A stretch of DNA of 57,010 nucleotides, taken from assembly GCA_036513055.1 (NCBI GenBank), contig DATBZT010000026.1, forward strand, positions 1-57,010, given 5' to 3'. Positions 16,879 to 27,395 of this stretch are shown here, piece after piece; position 1 is the stretch's first letter; every line of letters begins with the position of its first letter. The notes under the pieces were generated by a model, which saw nothing but the letters and a program-made list of their open reading frames with translations, was not told where the DNA came from and did not search any database. The DNA comes from Gemmatimonadaceae bacterium. Lineage in GTDB: Bacteria > Gemmatimonadota > Gemmatimonadetes > Gemmatimonadales > Gemmatimonadaceae. The position numbers and the translations under genes were made by a program.

Positions 16879-18450
16879 ATGGCAAATCGGGCTGCGAAGA
16901 TTTTTCTGGGGCTTGGCGCCGTTGCGGTGGTGTTTGCCGCACTCTCGTACAAGCCGTTCGAGCTCGACCGATATTTCGTTCCGAAAGAGATCGTCCTGCA
17001 TGCCGTTGCGCTGATCATCGCGGCGACTCTCGTGCTTCGGCGCCGGACGATCAGCTACGATCTGGTGGATGCGCTGCTGGCCCTCTTTCTCATCTGGAGC
17101 GCAGCGTCCGCGGTTTTTGCCACCAACCACTGGCTCGCTCAGCGCGCGCTGGGCCTGAGTGTCTCGAGCGCGCTCGTCTTCTGGGGTGCCCGGAGGATGG
17201 CCGCAGAAGGGTCGTACCGGTTGCTGATGGCGGCAGTTGCGGTGGCTACGGTGTGTGCGGCCCTCACCGCGCTTGCGCAAGCCTACGGACTCGATACCGA
17301 CTACTTCAGCCTCAACCGGGCTCCGGGCGGCACGTTCGGCAATCGCAACTCTGTCGCTCACATTGCGGCGATCGGACTGCCGGCGCTGGTGTGGAGCACG
17401 GTCACGGCACGCCGCTCCATTGGCGCCTTGCTTGGCTCCATTGGTGGCGGGTTCGTCGGAGCAGCGTTGGTGATGTCGAGGTCGAGAGCGGGTTGGCTGG
17501 CAGTGGCGGCCACCGTGGTCGTGCTCGCTCTGCCTGTGCTCGCATCGCGAAAATACTGGAGCACAAAAGTGGTCGGCGGCCGTTTTGCCCGGCTGCTGCT
17601 GGCTGTCGCGATAGGAGGAATCCTCGCCACCGTGCTGCCCAACAACCTCAACTGGAAGAGCGAGTCGCCATATCTCGATTCGGCCCGCGGAATGGTGAAC
17701 TACAAGAAAGGCAGCGGGCGCGGGCGCGTGGCGCAGTATCAGAACAGTCTGAACATGGCGATTGCAAACCCCGTGTTCGGAGTCGGACCGGGTAACTGGC
17801 CAGTGAGGTACGTGCGGTTTGCGCCGCGTAACGATCGCTCCATTTCTGATGACGGAATGACGGCAAACCCGTGGCCCAGCAGTGACTGGGTGGCCTACGT
17901 GTCGGAGCGGGGGTTTGTCGCAGCGGCGGCGCTGCTCTCCGTTTTTGCCCTGTTATTCCTGGGTGCGTTCCGCGGTTGGCGCGATCTGCCGGACGGTGAC
18001 GCCGTGCTTGTTCGGCTGGCGCTCGCCGGAACCATTGTCGCGGCGATGGCAGTCAGTGCATTCGACGCGGTGCTTCTGCTCGCGGCGCCCGCTCTGTTGA
18101 TATGGACAGTGGCCGGCGCAGCGAGCCGTCCCCGGCGTTCGGAGCGCAAGCTGGCTCTATCCGCGGGCACGTGGCTGGTCGTGGCGGCGGTGACGATCCT
18201 GATCGTCGGCGGTTCACTCGCGCGAAGCGTAACTCAAGCGATGGCGATGACGACCGTTGGCACCGGCGGTCACACTGCCGGATGGGTCAAAGGCGCGGCC
18301 CTCGATCCGGGGAGCTACCGAATCAACCTGAAGGTGGCGCAGCTCTATGCGAGGCGCGGACGCTGCGGGGCGGCGCGAGAATACGCTCAAAAAGCGGGCG
18401 ATCTATTCCCGAATGCCCCCGCGCCAAAGCGTGTGTTGCGAGGCTGCTGA
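16879..18450 (+). CDS. O-antigen ligase (Wzy_C/WaaL/PglL-like) family membrane protein
   Basis: Many TM helices; GTFGNRN, SRSRAGW, GVGPGNW motifs; TPR-like C-terminus. Confidence 0.82.
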   Translation: MANRAAKIFLGLGAVAVVFAALSYKPFELDRYFVPKEIVLHAVALIIAATLVLRRRTISYDLVDALLALFLIWSAASAVFATNHWLAQRALGLSVSSALVFWGARRMAAEGSYRLLMAAVAVATVCAALTALAQAYGLDTDYFSLNRAPGGTFGNRNSVAHIAAIGLPALVWSTVTARRSIGALLGSIGGGFVGAALVMSRSRAGWLAVAATVVVLALPVLASRKYWSTKVVGGRFARLLLAVAIGGILATVLPNNLNWKSESPYLDSARGMVNYKKGSGRGRVAQYQNSLNMAIANPVFGVGPGNWPVRYVRFAPRNDRSISDDGMTANPWPSSDWVAYVSERGFVAAAALLSVFALLFLGAFRGWRDLPDGDAVLVRLALAGTIVAAMAVSAFDAVLLLAAPALLIWTVAGAASRPRRSERKLALSAGTWLVVAAVTILIVGGSLARSVTQAMAMTTVGTGGHTAGWVKGAALDPGSYRINLKVAQLYARRGRCGAAREYAQKAGDLFPNAPAPKRVLRGC

Positions 18451-18475
18451 ACGCACCGTCGTCACGTTCGTAAGG

Positions 18476-20518
18476 CTAACGGCCGAGCGGGCCCCACTCG
18501 AACACCTTCCACGGATCGGCGCGCAGAGGAGGCGGTTCCGTGCCCTCGACGAAATATTCGGTGTAGCGGCGGTCCGCCGGCGTTGCGACCGTCGCCATCT
18601 CACCGGTTGCGCGATCGAGCTCTCCTGAAATCACGCCCAGTGGCGGGGTCCACGAATTGACCGGCGGCTTCGACAGCGCGTAATAGCGCGCCATCATCTT
18701 CCCCCAGATCGGCGCGGCAAGCGAGCCACCCGCCGCACCCGGAGTGATGGTCTTCGGCTTGTCGAATCCAAGCCACACTCCAGCAACGACGTCAGGAGTC
18801 AACCCGATGAACCAGACGTCGGTATTGTCATTGGTCGTCCCCGTCTTGCCGGCAACTGGAATGCTCGCCGGCAGATAGCGCCGCACTGCTGTTGCCGTCC
18901 CCCGTTCAACAACGTCGCGCATCATGTCACGGACGACGAACGTCGTCCGCTGGTCGAGCGCCGGCGGAAGCGCGCGGACGGGTCTCGTCAACACAACCTT
19001 GCCGCTCCTGTCCTCGATTCGATGAATGAATCGGGGCTCGACTGCCGTCCCGAGGTTGGCAAAGGTGGTGTAAGCGGCGATGAGGTCGAGCGGCTGAACC
19101 GCGGAAGCGCCAATTGCGCTCGACGGATACGGCGCAATTGGAGAGCTGATCCCCATTCTCCGCGCGAGAGCGATCACCGAATCCATTCCCACCTGCTGCC
19201 CGAGCTGCACCGCAACGACATTTCGCGACCTGGTGAGCGCCTCGCGCAAAGTGATCGCGCCCAGATACTCGTGGTCCGAGTTGTCGGGACGATAGACGCT
19301 GCCATTCGGAAGCGGAATGGCAATCGCGGTGTCGCCGACAATGCGGTTGGGCGGAATGCTGTCGGCAATTGCCGCCGCGTAGACAATCGGCTTGAACGAC
19401 GAGCCGGGCTGTCGCTTGCCGTCAACCGCGCGGTCGAATTGCGACTCCTTGTAATCCCGACCGCCGACGAGAGCGCGAACGTCGCCGGTGGTCGGGTCCA
19501 TCGCCACCACCAGCCCCTGCAGATAGTCGGCGTCGCTCCCCTTTGCGATGGTCGAGTGGTTGTAGCCGGCGCGGGCCTCGACCTCGGCTGTGCCTTCGGT
19601 GAGCGACTGCACGGCGGCGTGCTGCAACAGCGGGTCGAGCGTCGTGTAAACGCGGTAGCCGCCGTCGTCCAGTTTCACGCCTCCGCGCTGCGCCTGCACC
19701 TTCACCACGTCCACAAACCACGGCGCCACGGCCGACAGTCCATAGTTCGCTGCGGTGATGACCCTGCTCGCCTGCGCCGCCTGCGACTGCGCGTGAGTGA
19801 TGTACCCCTGATGCTCCATCAGCGCGAGCACGGTATTGCGGCGCTCGCGCGCGCGATCCGGGAACTTTACCGGCTCATAGTTCTCGGGTGCCTTGGGCAT
19901 CGCTGCCAGTGTCGCCGCCTCGGCGAGCGTCAGCTTCGAGGCGCTCTTCCCGAAATAATGGCGCGCGGCAGACTCGATTCCGTACCAGCCGTGAGCAAAT
20001 CCGATCTGGTTGAGGTACGCCTCGAGGATCTGCTCCTTGCTGTAATGCCTCTCCATCTCCCGCGCGGCGGTCTGCTCGCGAAGCTTCCGTGCGAGACTCA
20101 TGTCACGACGGTCGATGAGATCGGGATGCATGTTGCCAACGAGCTGCTGGGTGATCGTGCTCGCACCACCCCGCTGCTCGCCGAGGATTTTTCCCTTGAT
20201 CGCGCCGGCAATGCCGATCATGTCGACGCCGTCGTGCTGATAGAAACGTTGATCCTCGACGGCAATGAACGCCTGCCCGACGTATCGTGGCAGGGTTCGA
20301 ATGGAGACGCTCGTGCGGAGCTGGTTACCGACCTCGCCGATCAGCGACCCGTCGCGCGCAAGAATCTGCGATGCCTGGGGCGGCTGGATCATGCGCCACG
20401 CATCCGATTCGCGCGTCTGAGCCCGGCCCGTGGAGGGCATGACGAGCAATGCCGCCAGCGCGAGCGCAACCACCTGTTGCCCGCGCCGATGGCCTATGGC
20501 AACTTCATTGTAATGCAT
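18476..20518 (-). CDS. Class A penicillin-binding protein (PBP1A family)
   Basis: Transglycosylase EDQRFYQHDG, GASTITQQ, RKLRE, ILEAYLN; transpeptidase SSFK, SRN, KTG. Start uncertain (20518 or 20473). Confidence 0.92.
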   Translation of the reverse strand: MHYNEVAIGHRRGQQVVALALAALLVMPSTGRAQTRESDAWRMIQPPQASQILARDGSLIGEVGNQLRTSVSIRTLPRYVGQAFIAVEDQRFYQHDGVDMIGIAGAIKGKILGEQRGGASTITQQLVGNMHPDLIDRRDMSLARKLREQTAAREMERHYSKEQILEAYLNQIGFAHGWYGIESAARHYFGKSASKLTLAEAATLAAMPKAPENYEPVKFPDRARERRNTVLALMEHQGYITHAQSQAAQASRVITAANYGLSAVAPWFVDVVKVQAQRGGVKLDDGGYRVYTTLDPLLQHAAVQSLTEGTAEVEARAGYNHSTIAKGSDADYLQGLVVAMDPTTGDVRALVGGRDYKESQFDRAVDGKRQPGSSFKPIVYAAAIADSIPPNRIVGDTAIAIPLPNGSVYRPDNSDHEYLGAITLREALTRSRNVVAVQLGQQVGMDSVIALARRMGISSPIAPYPSSAIGASAVQPLDLIAAYTTFANLGTAVEPRFIHRIEDRSGKVVLTRPVRALPPALDQRTTFVVRDMMRDVVERGTATAVRRYLPASIPVAGKTGTTNDNTDVWFIGLTPDVVAGVWLGFDKPKTITPGAAGGSLAAPIWGKMMARYYALSKPPVNSWTPPLGVISGELDRATGEMATVATPADRRYTEYFVEGTEPPPLRADPWKVFEWGPLGR

Positions 20519-22426
20519 CAATCCGTGCACCTGGCAATCGTACAGTTCAAGCCCCGCAAGGGAGACTACGCCGGAAACCTCGCCCACCTCGGCGAGATCT
20601 TCGCCCAGCTCGATATGCTCGAGCCTCGCCCCCAGGTCGCATTCCTCCCGGAGACAGCTGTAAGCGGCTATTTCCTCGAAGGCGGAGTGCGAGACCATGC
20701 GGTGAGCGCCGGTACGCTGATGCGTGATCTCGATGAGCAGTACCGCGCCGCTGTTCCGTCACTCGCTCCCATGGATGTCGGGCTCGGCTTCTACGAAGTC
20801 TGGAACAACTCAATCTATAATAGTGCGCTCTATGTGACGCTGGGAGGCGAGGCCCCGGTGATCCGTCACATCCATCGCAAGGTTTTCCTGCCAACGTACG
20901 GGCTGTTCGATGAGGAGCGTTTCGTCGACCGCGGCTTCGAGATCCGCGCGTTCGACACGAGCTGGGGACGCGCCGCGATGCTCGTGTGCGAAGATGCCTG
21001 GCACAGTCTGTCGGGCACGATCGCAGCGCTCGACGGGGCACAGGTGATCTTCATTGCCTCCGCGTCGCCGGCACGCGGAGTGACGCCGCGCAACGACGAC
21101 AGGCCCGGGCCGAGCACCATCGAGCGATGGGAGCGGCTGGCCCGCGACATCGCCTCGGAGCATGGAGTGTTCGTGGCGCTGGTGCAGCTCGTCGGGACCG
21201 AAGGAGGAAAGAGCTTCTCCGGCGGCTCCTTGATCGCCGGACCGAAGGGCGACGTGAAGCTTCGCGCGCCGCTGTGGGAAGAGGCGATCATCACGGCGAC
21301 GCTCGACACGTCAGACCTCACGAGAGCGCGGGTCGAGATGCCGCTGCTCACTGATCTGCAGACGATGCTGCCACATCTCGTACGCACCATCGGCAAGATC
21401 CAGAAGGGCGAGCCGATGCCGCTCGACTACGATCCGCCATCGCGTAACGGAAGCGCTCCGCTCGAAGGCACCGGCTCTCCAGCTGCGGGCCGTGAGGCGA
21501 CGGCCGAGATGGCGGACAAAGGGAATGGCCGGCAGAAAGTGTCGACGCCGTCGCGGATCAAGGCCCGTCGCAAGGCAGTCGAGGTCATCGCCGCGCCCCC
21601 CAGTCTTCTCGGTCCGCCGAGCCTGGAGATAGATCCAGCGCTCACCGCCGACTGGCTCACGACATTCCTTCGCGAAGAGCTTCACTCACGCGGCTTCCAG
21701 AAAGGCGTGGTTGGAGTCTCCGGCGGAGTGGATTCCGCCGTTACTGCATTTCTGGCTGCGAGGGCGCTTGGCGCTTCAAACGTGGTCGGGGTCCGCCTTC
21801 CCTACCGCACGTCGAGCCCCGATTCCCTCGATCACGCTCAGCTGGTCATCGATGCCTTGGGAATCGAGTCGCGCACCGTCGACATCTCTTCGGCCGTCGA
21901 TGGATACCTGGCGAGCGAGCCCGACGCCGACCCGGCGCGGCGAGGGAACGTGATGGCCCGGATGCGCATGATCGTGCTGTTCGACCTGGCCGCAAAATAT
22001 CGCGCATTGCCCATCGGTACTGGCAACAAGACCGAACGGCTCCTCGGCTATTTCACTTGGCACGCGGACGATTCGCCACCCATCAACCCGCTCGGGGACC
22101 TGTTCAAGACGCAGGTCTGGGCGCTGGCGAGGCATCTCGGTGTTCCCGATGTGATCGTCTCCAAGCCGGCATCGGCGGACCTCATCGAGGGTCAGACAGA
22201 TGAAGGAGATTTCGGGATCAGCTACTCACGGGCCGACGAGATACTCAACTGGCTGGTGAATGGGTACGGTCCCAGCGACATCATCACACGCGGACTCAGC
22301 GCTGCCGAGGTCGAGCTGGTGCGGGGGCGGCTGGCGGGAACGCACTGGAAAAGGAAGCTCCCCACCGTTGCCATGGTGAGCCACAGCGCGATTGGAGAAT
22401 CTTATCTGAGGCCGGTGGATTATTGA
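20513..22426 (+). CDS. nadE: NAD+ synthase with an N-terminal nitrilase/glutaminase domain
   Basis: Nitrilase triad PE/RK/CED, then SGGVDS, ARMRM, GNKTE, PLGDLFKT, SADL. Likely start MHQSVHLAIVQ at 20513. Confidence 0.92.
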   Translation: MHQSVHLAIVQFKPRKGDYAGNLAHLGEIFAQLDMLEPRPQVAFLPETAVSGYFLEGGVRDHAVSAGTLMRDLDEQYRAAVPSLAPMDVGLGFYEVWNNSIYNSALYVTLGGEAPVIRHIHRKVFLPTYGLFDEERFVDRGFEIRAFDTSWGRAAMLVCEDAWHSLSGTIAALDGAQVIFIASASPARGVTPRNDDRPGPSTIERWERLARDIASEHGVFVALVQLVGTEGGKSFSGGSLIAGPKGDVKLRAPLWEEAIITATLDTSDLTRARVEMPLLTDLQTMLPHLVRTIGKIQKGEPMPLDYDPPSRNGSAPLEGTGSPAAGREATAEMADKGNGRQKVSTPSRIKARRKAVEVIAAPPSLLGPPSLEIDPALTADWLTTFLREELHSRGFQKGVVGVSGGVDSAVTAFLAARALGASNVVGVRLPYRTSSPDSLDHAQLVIDALGIESRTVDISSAVDGYLASEPDADPARRGNVMARMRMIVLFDLAAKYRALPIGTGNKTERLLGYFTWHADDSPPINPLGDLFKTQVWALARHLGVPDVIVSKPASADLIEGQTDEGDFGISYSRADEILNWLVNGYGPSDIITRGLSAAEVELVRGRLAGTHWKRKLPTVAMVSHSAIGESYLRPVDY

Positions 22427-22438
22427 CTGCAGAACTGC

Positions 22439-22533
22439 GGGCTGACGGCCAACTACGCTGACGGACATTGGCCGGCCGATAGCCGTCAGCCTCTGTTGCC
22501 GTCAGCCGGCAGCCCGTTTTTTTGCCTTTTTTC
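22439..22533 (+). terminator. Long hairpin of GCTGACGG x2 / CCGTCAGC x2 followed by T tracts
   Basis: Units at 22441 and 22457 pair with 22483 and 22499 (both spaced 16 bp); T-rich 22517-22532; lies between convergent genes. Confidence 0.65.
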
Positions 22534-23090
22534 TTACATGTACGTCATTCGCCCGACGACCATTCCGACCACGCCGAACAGGATGATGCAGGCCACGAAG
22601 ATCACTACGGCGTAGGTGACGACCTTGTCGGCCGGCACCTTCATCAGCACCGGCAATCCCACGTAGAACAGGTACAGGCTGTACAGGGCACCTATCACGG
22701 CGAGGATCGTCAGGAAGGGCAGAAGGTAGAAGATCCCCGCGACCCATGCTGCGGTCATGCTGTAGGCCGAGAGCTTTATCGCTTGCGGCATGCTCTGAGT
22801 TGCGCCAAAGGTAGGCGCCAGCGCGTTTATCACCCACGCCAGAACGAAAACTCCGATTACGCCCAGGACGAACGATGTAATCGCCTGAGAGATTCCCCAT
22901 CCCATCGACAGCCGGAATCCGCCGAACCCGAAAATCGAGAACCCATGAAACGAGCAATCGGGCCGATCGCGGCGAGGGGGAGAACATACCCGATCAGAAG
23001 TTCCGAAACGTTCAGGGGTTCCGCATCGATGGCGGCCCACTCCTGCTTCGGGGTCATGAGTATCGCCTTTGCGCGGGCTACGAGGTTCAT
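22534..23090 (-). pseudogene. Yip1-family membrane protein, frameshifted
   Basis: MNLVARAKAILMTPKQEW...PIARF continues in another frame as GFSIFGF...YSLYLFYVGLPVLMK. One base is missing near 22945; may be a sequencing error. Confidence 0.85.
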
Positions 23091-23199
23091 CTGAATCTCC
23101 TGGCGGAGGTGGTGGGCGGTCTTCACCGGGAGAAGCTAGCAGGCTTAGACGCGGGAGTAAGACCGCCTTTCGCTGAGATGATGTCGTGGGTGGCGGGGG

Positions 23200-23628
23200 T
23201 TACTTCGCCACGCACGATCCCCCAACAACCTCGACATTCGGCGGCATCCGGAATTCACACGTAGACACAATCCTGTATTTAGAGTTGTAGGCGCGCTCCG
23301 CCTTCGCGACCTGGTCGAGCCTGCTGTAAAGTGCCGCTGAATCAGTGGTCTTCGCGCAGTACGGGATGTAGTAGCGAGGACCGCCGCACGCACGCGAGCC
23401 AACCGCCGCCGCCCGGCATTCGCTCGACGCACAACCATCGATTCTGGCGATGGCCTTCGCCTGGTCCTCGAGCTTGACGATTGCCGCCCAGTCGCCTTCC
23501 TGCGTGCCGGCAACCACGTTGGACCCGGACGACGGATTGTTGCCCGGATCGGTGCCACCAACCGGCGCCTGCGTACAGGCACTCGCGACGGCGCAAAGGA
23601 AAATCATCGAGAAGATTTTATTCGGCAT
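23200..23628 (-). CDS. Cys-rich hypothetical lipoprotein
   Basis: Lipobox ASAC; C-x4-C...[11 protein letters not shown]...STC...C; GGAG RBS. Confidence 0.8.
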   Translation of the reverse strand: MPNKIFSMIFLCAVASACTQAPVGGTDPGNNPSSGSNVVAGTQEGDWAAIVKLEDQAKAIARIDGCASSECRAAAVGSRACGGPRYYIPYCAKTTDSAALYSRLDQVAKAERAYNSKYRIVSTCEFRMPPNVEVVGGSCVAK

Positions 23629-23825
23629 TGTGGCTCCGGACGGGCTTCCCGTCTGTCTACGTAAGGCACCAGGGACTTTGCCTGTTTACCTGCTGGAACC
23701 AAAGCATAAGCCGTTCCGCGCAGGCCCCGCGAGCAGCTGGGTCAACGCCACGGGTCGGGCATCGTAGCCATAGGGGCGCCGCGACTACTATAATTAGCCC
23801 AGGACACTGCATCCCGACCCCCAAG

Positions 23826-25946
23826 ATGGCCACTAAGACCCTCCCCGATCGCAAGTCTGTCGCGCGACTATCCGGCGCCCTCGGCGCTGCCGAGCTCGTT
23901 GACGCCTATCGCAACATGCTCTTGTCCAGGAAACTCGACGACAAGGAAGTCCAGCTCAAAGGGCAGAACAAGATCTTCTTCCAGATCTCCGGCGCCGGCC
24001 ACGAAGCCGTATTGACTGCGGCGGCGATGGTTCTAAAGCCGGCCTATGACTGGTTCTACACCTACTATCGCGACCGTGCGCTTTGCCTGAAGCTCGGCGT
24101 GACACCAACCGAAATGCTGTACGAGGCGGTTGGCGCCGCAATAGATCCCGCATCGGGCGGGCGCCAGATGCCGAGTCACTGGGGACACAAGGCCTACAAC
24201 ATCATCTCCGCGTCATCGCCGACGGGGACGCAGTTTCTCCAATCAGTGGGGTCAGCCGAAGCGACGCTTCGCGCGAAGCTCCTTGGAATCTCCGAGGGAT
24301 TCAAGGACGACGAAGTTGTCTTCGTCTCCACCGGCGAAGGCCAGACGAGCGAAGGCGAGTTCTGGGAATCGCTGAACACCGCGTCGAACCTCAAGCTTCC
24401 CGTGGTCTATCTGGTGGAGGACAACGGCTACGCGATCTCGGTTCCCGTCGAAGTGAACACCACGGGGGGAAGCATCTCGAAGCTCGTGCGGTCGTTCCCG
24501 AATTTCCTGATCGAGGAAGTCGACGGATGCGATTTCGTCGCCAGCTACGAAGTGATGTCACGCGCCGTCGCGCACGCTCGCGAGCGAAAGGGTCCGGCAC
24601 TCGTTCATGCGAAGGTCATCCGCCCTTACTCGCACTCGTTGTCCGACGACGAGACGATGTACCGTCCGCCCGCGGAGCGTGAAGCGGATGCAGCGCGCGA
24701 TCCGTTGACGGTGTTCCCGAAGTGGCTGGTTGCCGAAGGGCATGCCACCGAGGATGACATCAGGAAGATCCAGGACGACGTGGAGGCGCTGATTCTGGCG
24801 GCGACCGATGATGCTCTCGCTCAGCCGCAGCCCACAGAAGACACGGTGTACTTCGGCGTCTACTCGCCCGATGTGGATCCGACGGGCGAGCAGTTCGACA
24901 CCGAGGATGATCCCAAATTCACGGGAACGCCCACCACGATGGTGGACCTCCTAAACGCGTGCATGAAGGACGAGATGCGGCGCGACGAGAAGATACTGGT
25001 CTTCGGGCAGGACGTTGCCGATGTCTCACGCGATCAGTACCTGGGCCAGGTGAAGGGCAAGGGCGGCGTATTCAAGGTGACGTGGGGACTTCAGAAGGAG
25101 TTCGGCGGCGCACGAGTCTACAACTCCCCATTGGCCGAGGCGAACATTGTCGGCCGGGCAATCGGACTGGCGCTTCGCGGATTCAAGCCGGTGGTCGAGG
25201 TGCAGTTCTTCGACTACATCTGGCCGGCGTACATGCAGCTTCGCGACGAGCTGGCAACGATGCGGTGGCGGTCAAACAACAACTTCTCGGCGCCGGTGGT
25301 GGTGCGGACGACGTACGGCGGATACATCAGGGGCGCGGTTTATCACTCCCAGACGGGCGCGTCGCTGTTCACGCACTGCCCGGGGTTGAGGGTTGTTTGT
25401 CCCTCCACTGCGCTCGATGCAAATGGGTTGCTGCGCACCGCGATACGCTGCGACGATCCCGTGATCTTCCTCGAGCACAAGCACCTGTACCGCCAGACCT
25501 ACAACAAGAGTGAGAACCCCGGGCCGAACTTCATGATCCCGTTCGGGAAAGCGAAAACAGTGCGCGAGGGCACCGATATTACGCTCGTGACCTACGGTGC
25601 CACCGTCCGCCGAGCGGTCACTGCGGCGAACGCGGTGGCCGACGAGGGAATCTCGGTCGAGGTGATCGATCTCCGGACATTGAGTCCGTGGGACAGGCAG
25701 GCGGTGTTCGAGTCGGTAAAGAAAACGTCACGGGTGATCGTCGCGTACGAAGATTCGTTGTCGTGGGGCTACGGCGCGGAGATCGCGGCGTGCATTGCCG
25801 ACGAGTGTTTTGCATGGCTCGATGCGCCGGTGGGTCGTGTTGCATCGTCCGATACGTTTGTCGGCTATGCGCCTCAGCTGGAGGATGCCATCCTGCCGCA
25901 GGTTGAGGATTTCAAGGTGGCGTACCGGGACACCGCCAAATACTGA
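23826..25946 (+). CDS. 2-oxoacid (branched-chain/pyruvate-type) dehydrogenase E1, fused alpha/beta subunits
   Basis: GAGHEA, YYRDR, GEG...EDNGYAIS ThDP motif, [27 protein letters not shown]. Confidence 0.93.
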   Translation: MATKTLPDRKSVARLSGALGAAELVDAYRNMLLSRKLDDKEVQLKGQNKIFFQISGAGHEAVLTAAAMVLKPAYDWFYTYYRDRALCLKLGVTPTEMLYEAVGAAIDPASGGRQMPSHWGHKAYNIISASSPTGTQFLQSVGSAEATLRAKLLGISEGFKDDEVVFVSTGEGQTSEGEFWESLNTASNLKLPVVYLVEDNGYAISVPVEVNTTGGSISKLVRSFPNFLIEEVDGCDFVASYEVMSRAVAHARERKGPALVHAKVIRPYSHSLSDDETMYRPPAEREADAARDPLTVFPKWLVAEGHATEDDIRKIQDDVEALILAATDDALAQPQPTEDTVYFGVYSPDVDPTGEQFDTEDDPKFTGTPTTMVDLLNACMKDEMRRDEKILVFGQDVADVSRDQYLGQVKGKGGVFKVTWGLQKEFGGARVYNSPLAEANIVGRAIGLALRGFKPVVEVQFFDYIWPAYMQLRDELATMRWRSNNNFSAPVVVRTTYGGYIRGAVYHSQTGASLFTHCPGLRVVCPSTALDANGLLRTAIRCDDPVIFLEHKHLYRQTYNKSENPGPNFMIPFGKAKTVREGTDITLVTYGATVRRAVTAANAVADEGISVEVIDLRTLSPWDRQAVFESVKKTSRVIVAYEDSLSWGYGAEIAACIADECFAWLDAPVGRVASSDTFVGYAPQLEDAILPQVEDFKVAYRDTAKY

Positions 25947-25964
25947 CAGCCCCGCTGCCCGCTG

Positions 25965-27275
25965 TTACCGACTCCGTCCCCCGCCCGATCGCTGTCCCCC
26001 TCTACCGCCGCCGGCCCGTCCGCCTGACGGTGGCGCGTGGCCGCCACGTCTCGCGACTTTGGCTGCAGCTCGCGTCCGCTCGTCTTTCTTGCGCGCGCGG
26101 ATGGCAGCGATGCGCTCGGCAATTGGAATCTCGAGTCGCGTCGCGGAGCGCGCCGCGTAGTCGAATTCGGGAACCGTCACTCGCGGCAGCCGGCGGCCAA
26201 TTGCGCGCTCGATGTTGCGGAGATCCCCTTCCTCATCGGGCGCAACGAACGTAAACGCTTCGCCGGTCGCTTCGGCGCGGCCGGTTCTGCCAACGCGATG
26301 GATGTAGTCATCGGGCGCAAGCGGAACGTCGAAGTTGACGACGTGACCGAGTGCTTCGACGTCGATTCCCCGGGCGGCAATGTCGGTCGCAACCAGCACC
26401 GGATATCTGCCGCTCTTGAACCCAGCCAACGCCGCCGTTCGCTGGACCTGCGACCGGTTGCCGTGGATGCGCTCGGCGCTGATTCCGTTCCTGACGAGGT
26501 TTTCCGCGAGACGATTGGCGCGGTGCTTCGTGCGCGTGAACACGAGGGCCTGCTTGAGGTCACCGCGCTTGAGCAGCGAGAGAAAGAGAGCCGCCTTGAG
26601 CTCCTGCGGCACGGGATAGACGGCCTGCGTTATTCCGACAGCCGGCGCCGACGTGCGATCGAGATTGATTGTTACCGCGTTCTTGAGCATCTGCGACGCG
26701 AGTGTCGCGATCGGCGCCGGGATGGTGGCGCTGAAGAACAGAGTCTGTCGCTTCGCCGGGACGTACTTGAGAATGCGCCGGATGTCGGGGAGAAAGCCCA
26801 TGTCGAGCATCCGATCGGCTTCGTCGAGCACGAGGTACTCGACGGAATCGAGCTTTGCGTACGGATGATTGAGGTGATCGAGCAGGCGGCCGGGCGTTGC
26901 GACGAGAACGTCCACTCCGCTTCGGAATGCGTGCTCCTGGGGCCCCATTCCCACACCTCCGATGACGACCGCTGCGGTCAACGGCGTGTGCGTGGCGAGG
27001 GCGTTGAGCTGCTCGACGATCTGCGCTGCGAGCTCACGCGTTGGCGTGAGCACGAGCGCGCGTGTTTTTCCACGCGGGCGGGCGAGAAGTTTGTGGAGAA
27101 TTGGTAGAAGAAACGCCGCAGTCTTGCCGCTTCCCGTCGATGCGCAGGCGAGAAGATCGCGCCCTTCGAGCGCCGGCGGAATTGCGTCAGCCTGAATTGG
27201 AGTTGGGCGGACGAAGCCGAGGTCCTTGAGGCCCTTGAGGAGATTGCGGTCGAGCTGAAATGTGCTGAAAGCCAC
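25965..27275 (-). CDS. rhlE: DEAD-box RNA helicase, RhlE-like
   Basis: PTPIQ, TGSGKT, PTRELA, DEADRMLDMGF, SAT, ARGID, HRVGRTGRA; RGG-rich tail. Confidence 0.93.
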   Translation of the reverse strand: MAFSTFQLDRNLLKGLKDLGFVRPTPIQADAIPPALEGRDLLACASTGSGKTAAFLLPILHKLLARPRGKTRALVLTPTRELAAQIVEQLNALATHTPLTAAVVIGGVGMGPQEHAFRSGVDVLVATPGRLLDHLNHPYAKLDSVEYLVLDEADRMLDMGFLPDIRRILKYVPAKRQTLFFSATIPAPIATLASQMLKNAVTINLDRTSAPAVGITQAVYPVPQELKAALFLSLLKRGDLKQALVFTRTKHRANRLAENLVRNGISAERIHGNRSQVQRTAALAGFKSGRYPVLVATDIAARGIDVEALGHVVNFDVPLAPDDYIHRVGRTGRAEATGEAFTFVAPDEEGDLRNIERAIGRRLPRVTVPEFDYAARSATRLEIPIAERIAAIRARKKDERTRAAAKVARRGGHAPPSGGRAGGGRGGQRSGGGRSR

Positions 27276-27395
27276 TTAGTTTCCTGGAGTAAGAAAGGCG
27301 CTCGCCGTGAACGCCCTCCTTACAACTTAGACGCGCAGGGACTTACGCGCGTCTTTTCGGACCTGTGGGGCGAACGGTCGTGATGCCGGAAGCCT

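Noticed and set aside
18440-18480. O-antigen ligase-like gene ends in Gly-Cys-TGA, a possible second Sec codon
   Set aside because: No SECIS-like hairpin follows and readthrough would run into the convergent PBP gene; an ordinary stop is more likely
19022-20512. First 497 codons of the 1134-aa ORF
   Set aside because: Antisense shadow of the PBP1A gene; recognisable nitrilase sequence begins at 20513
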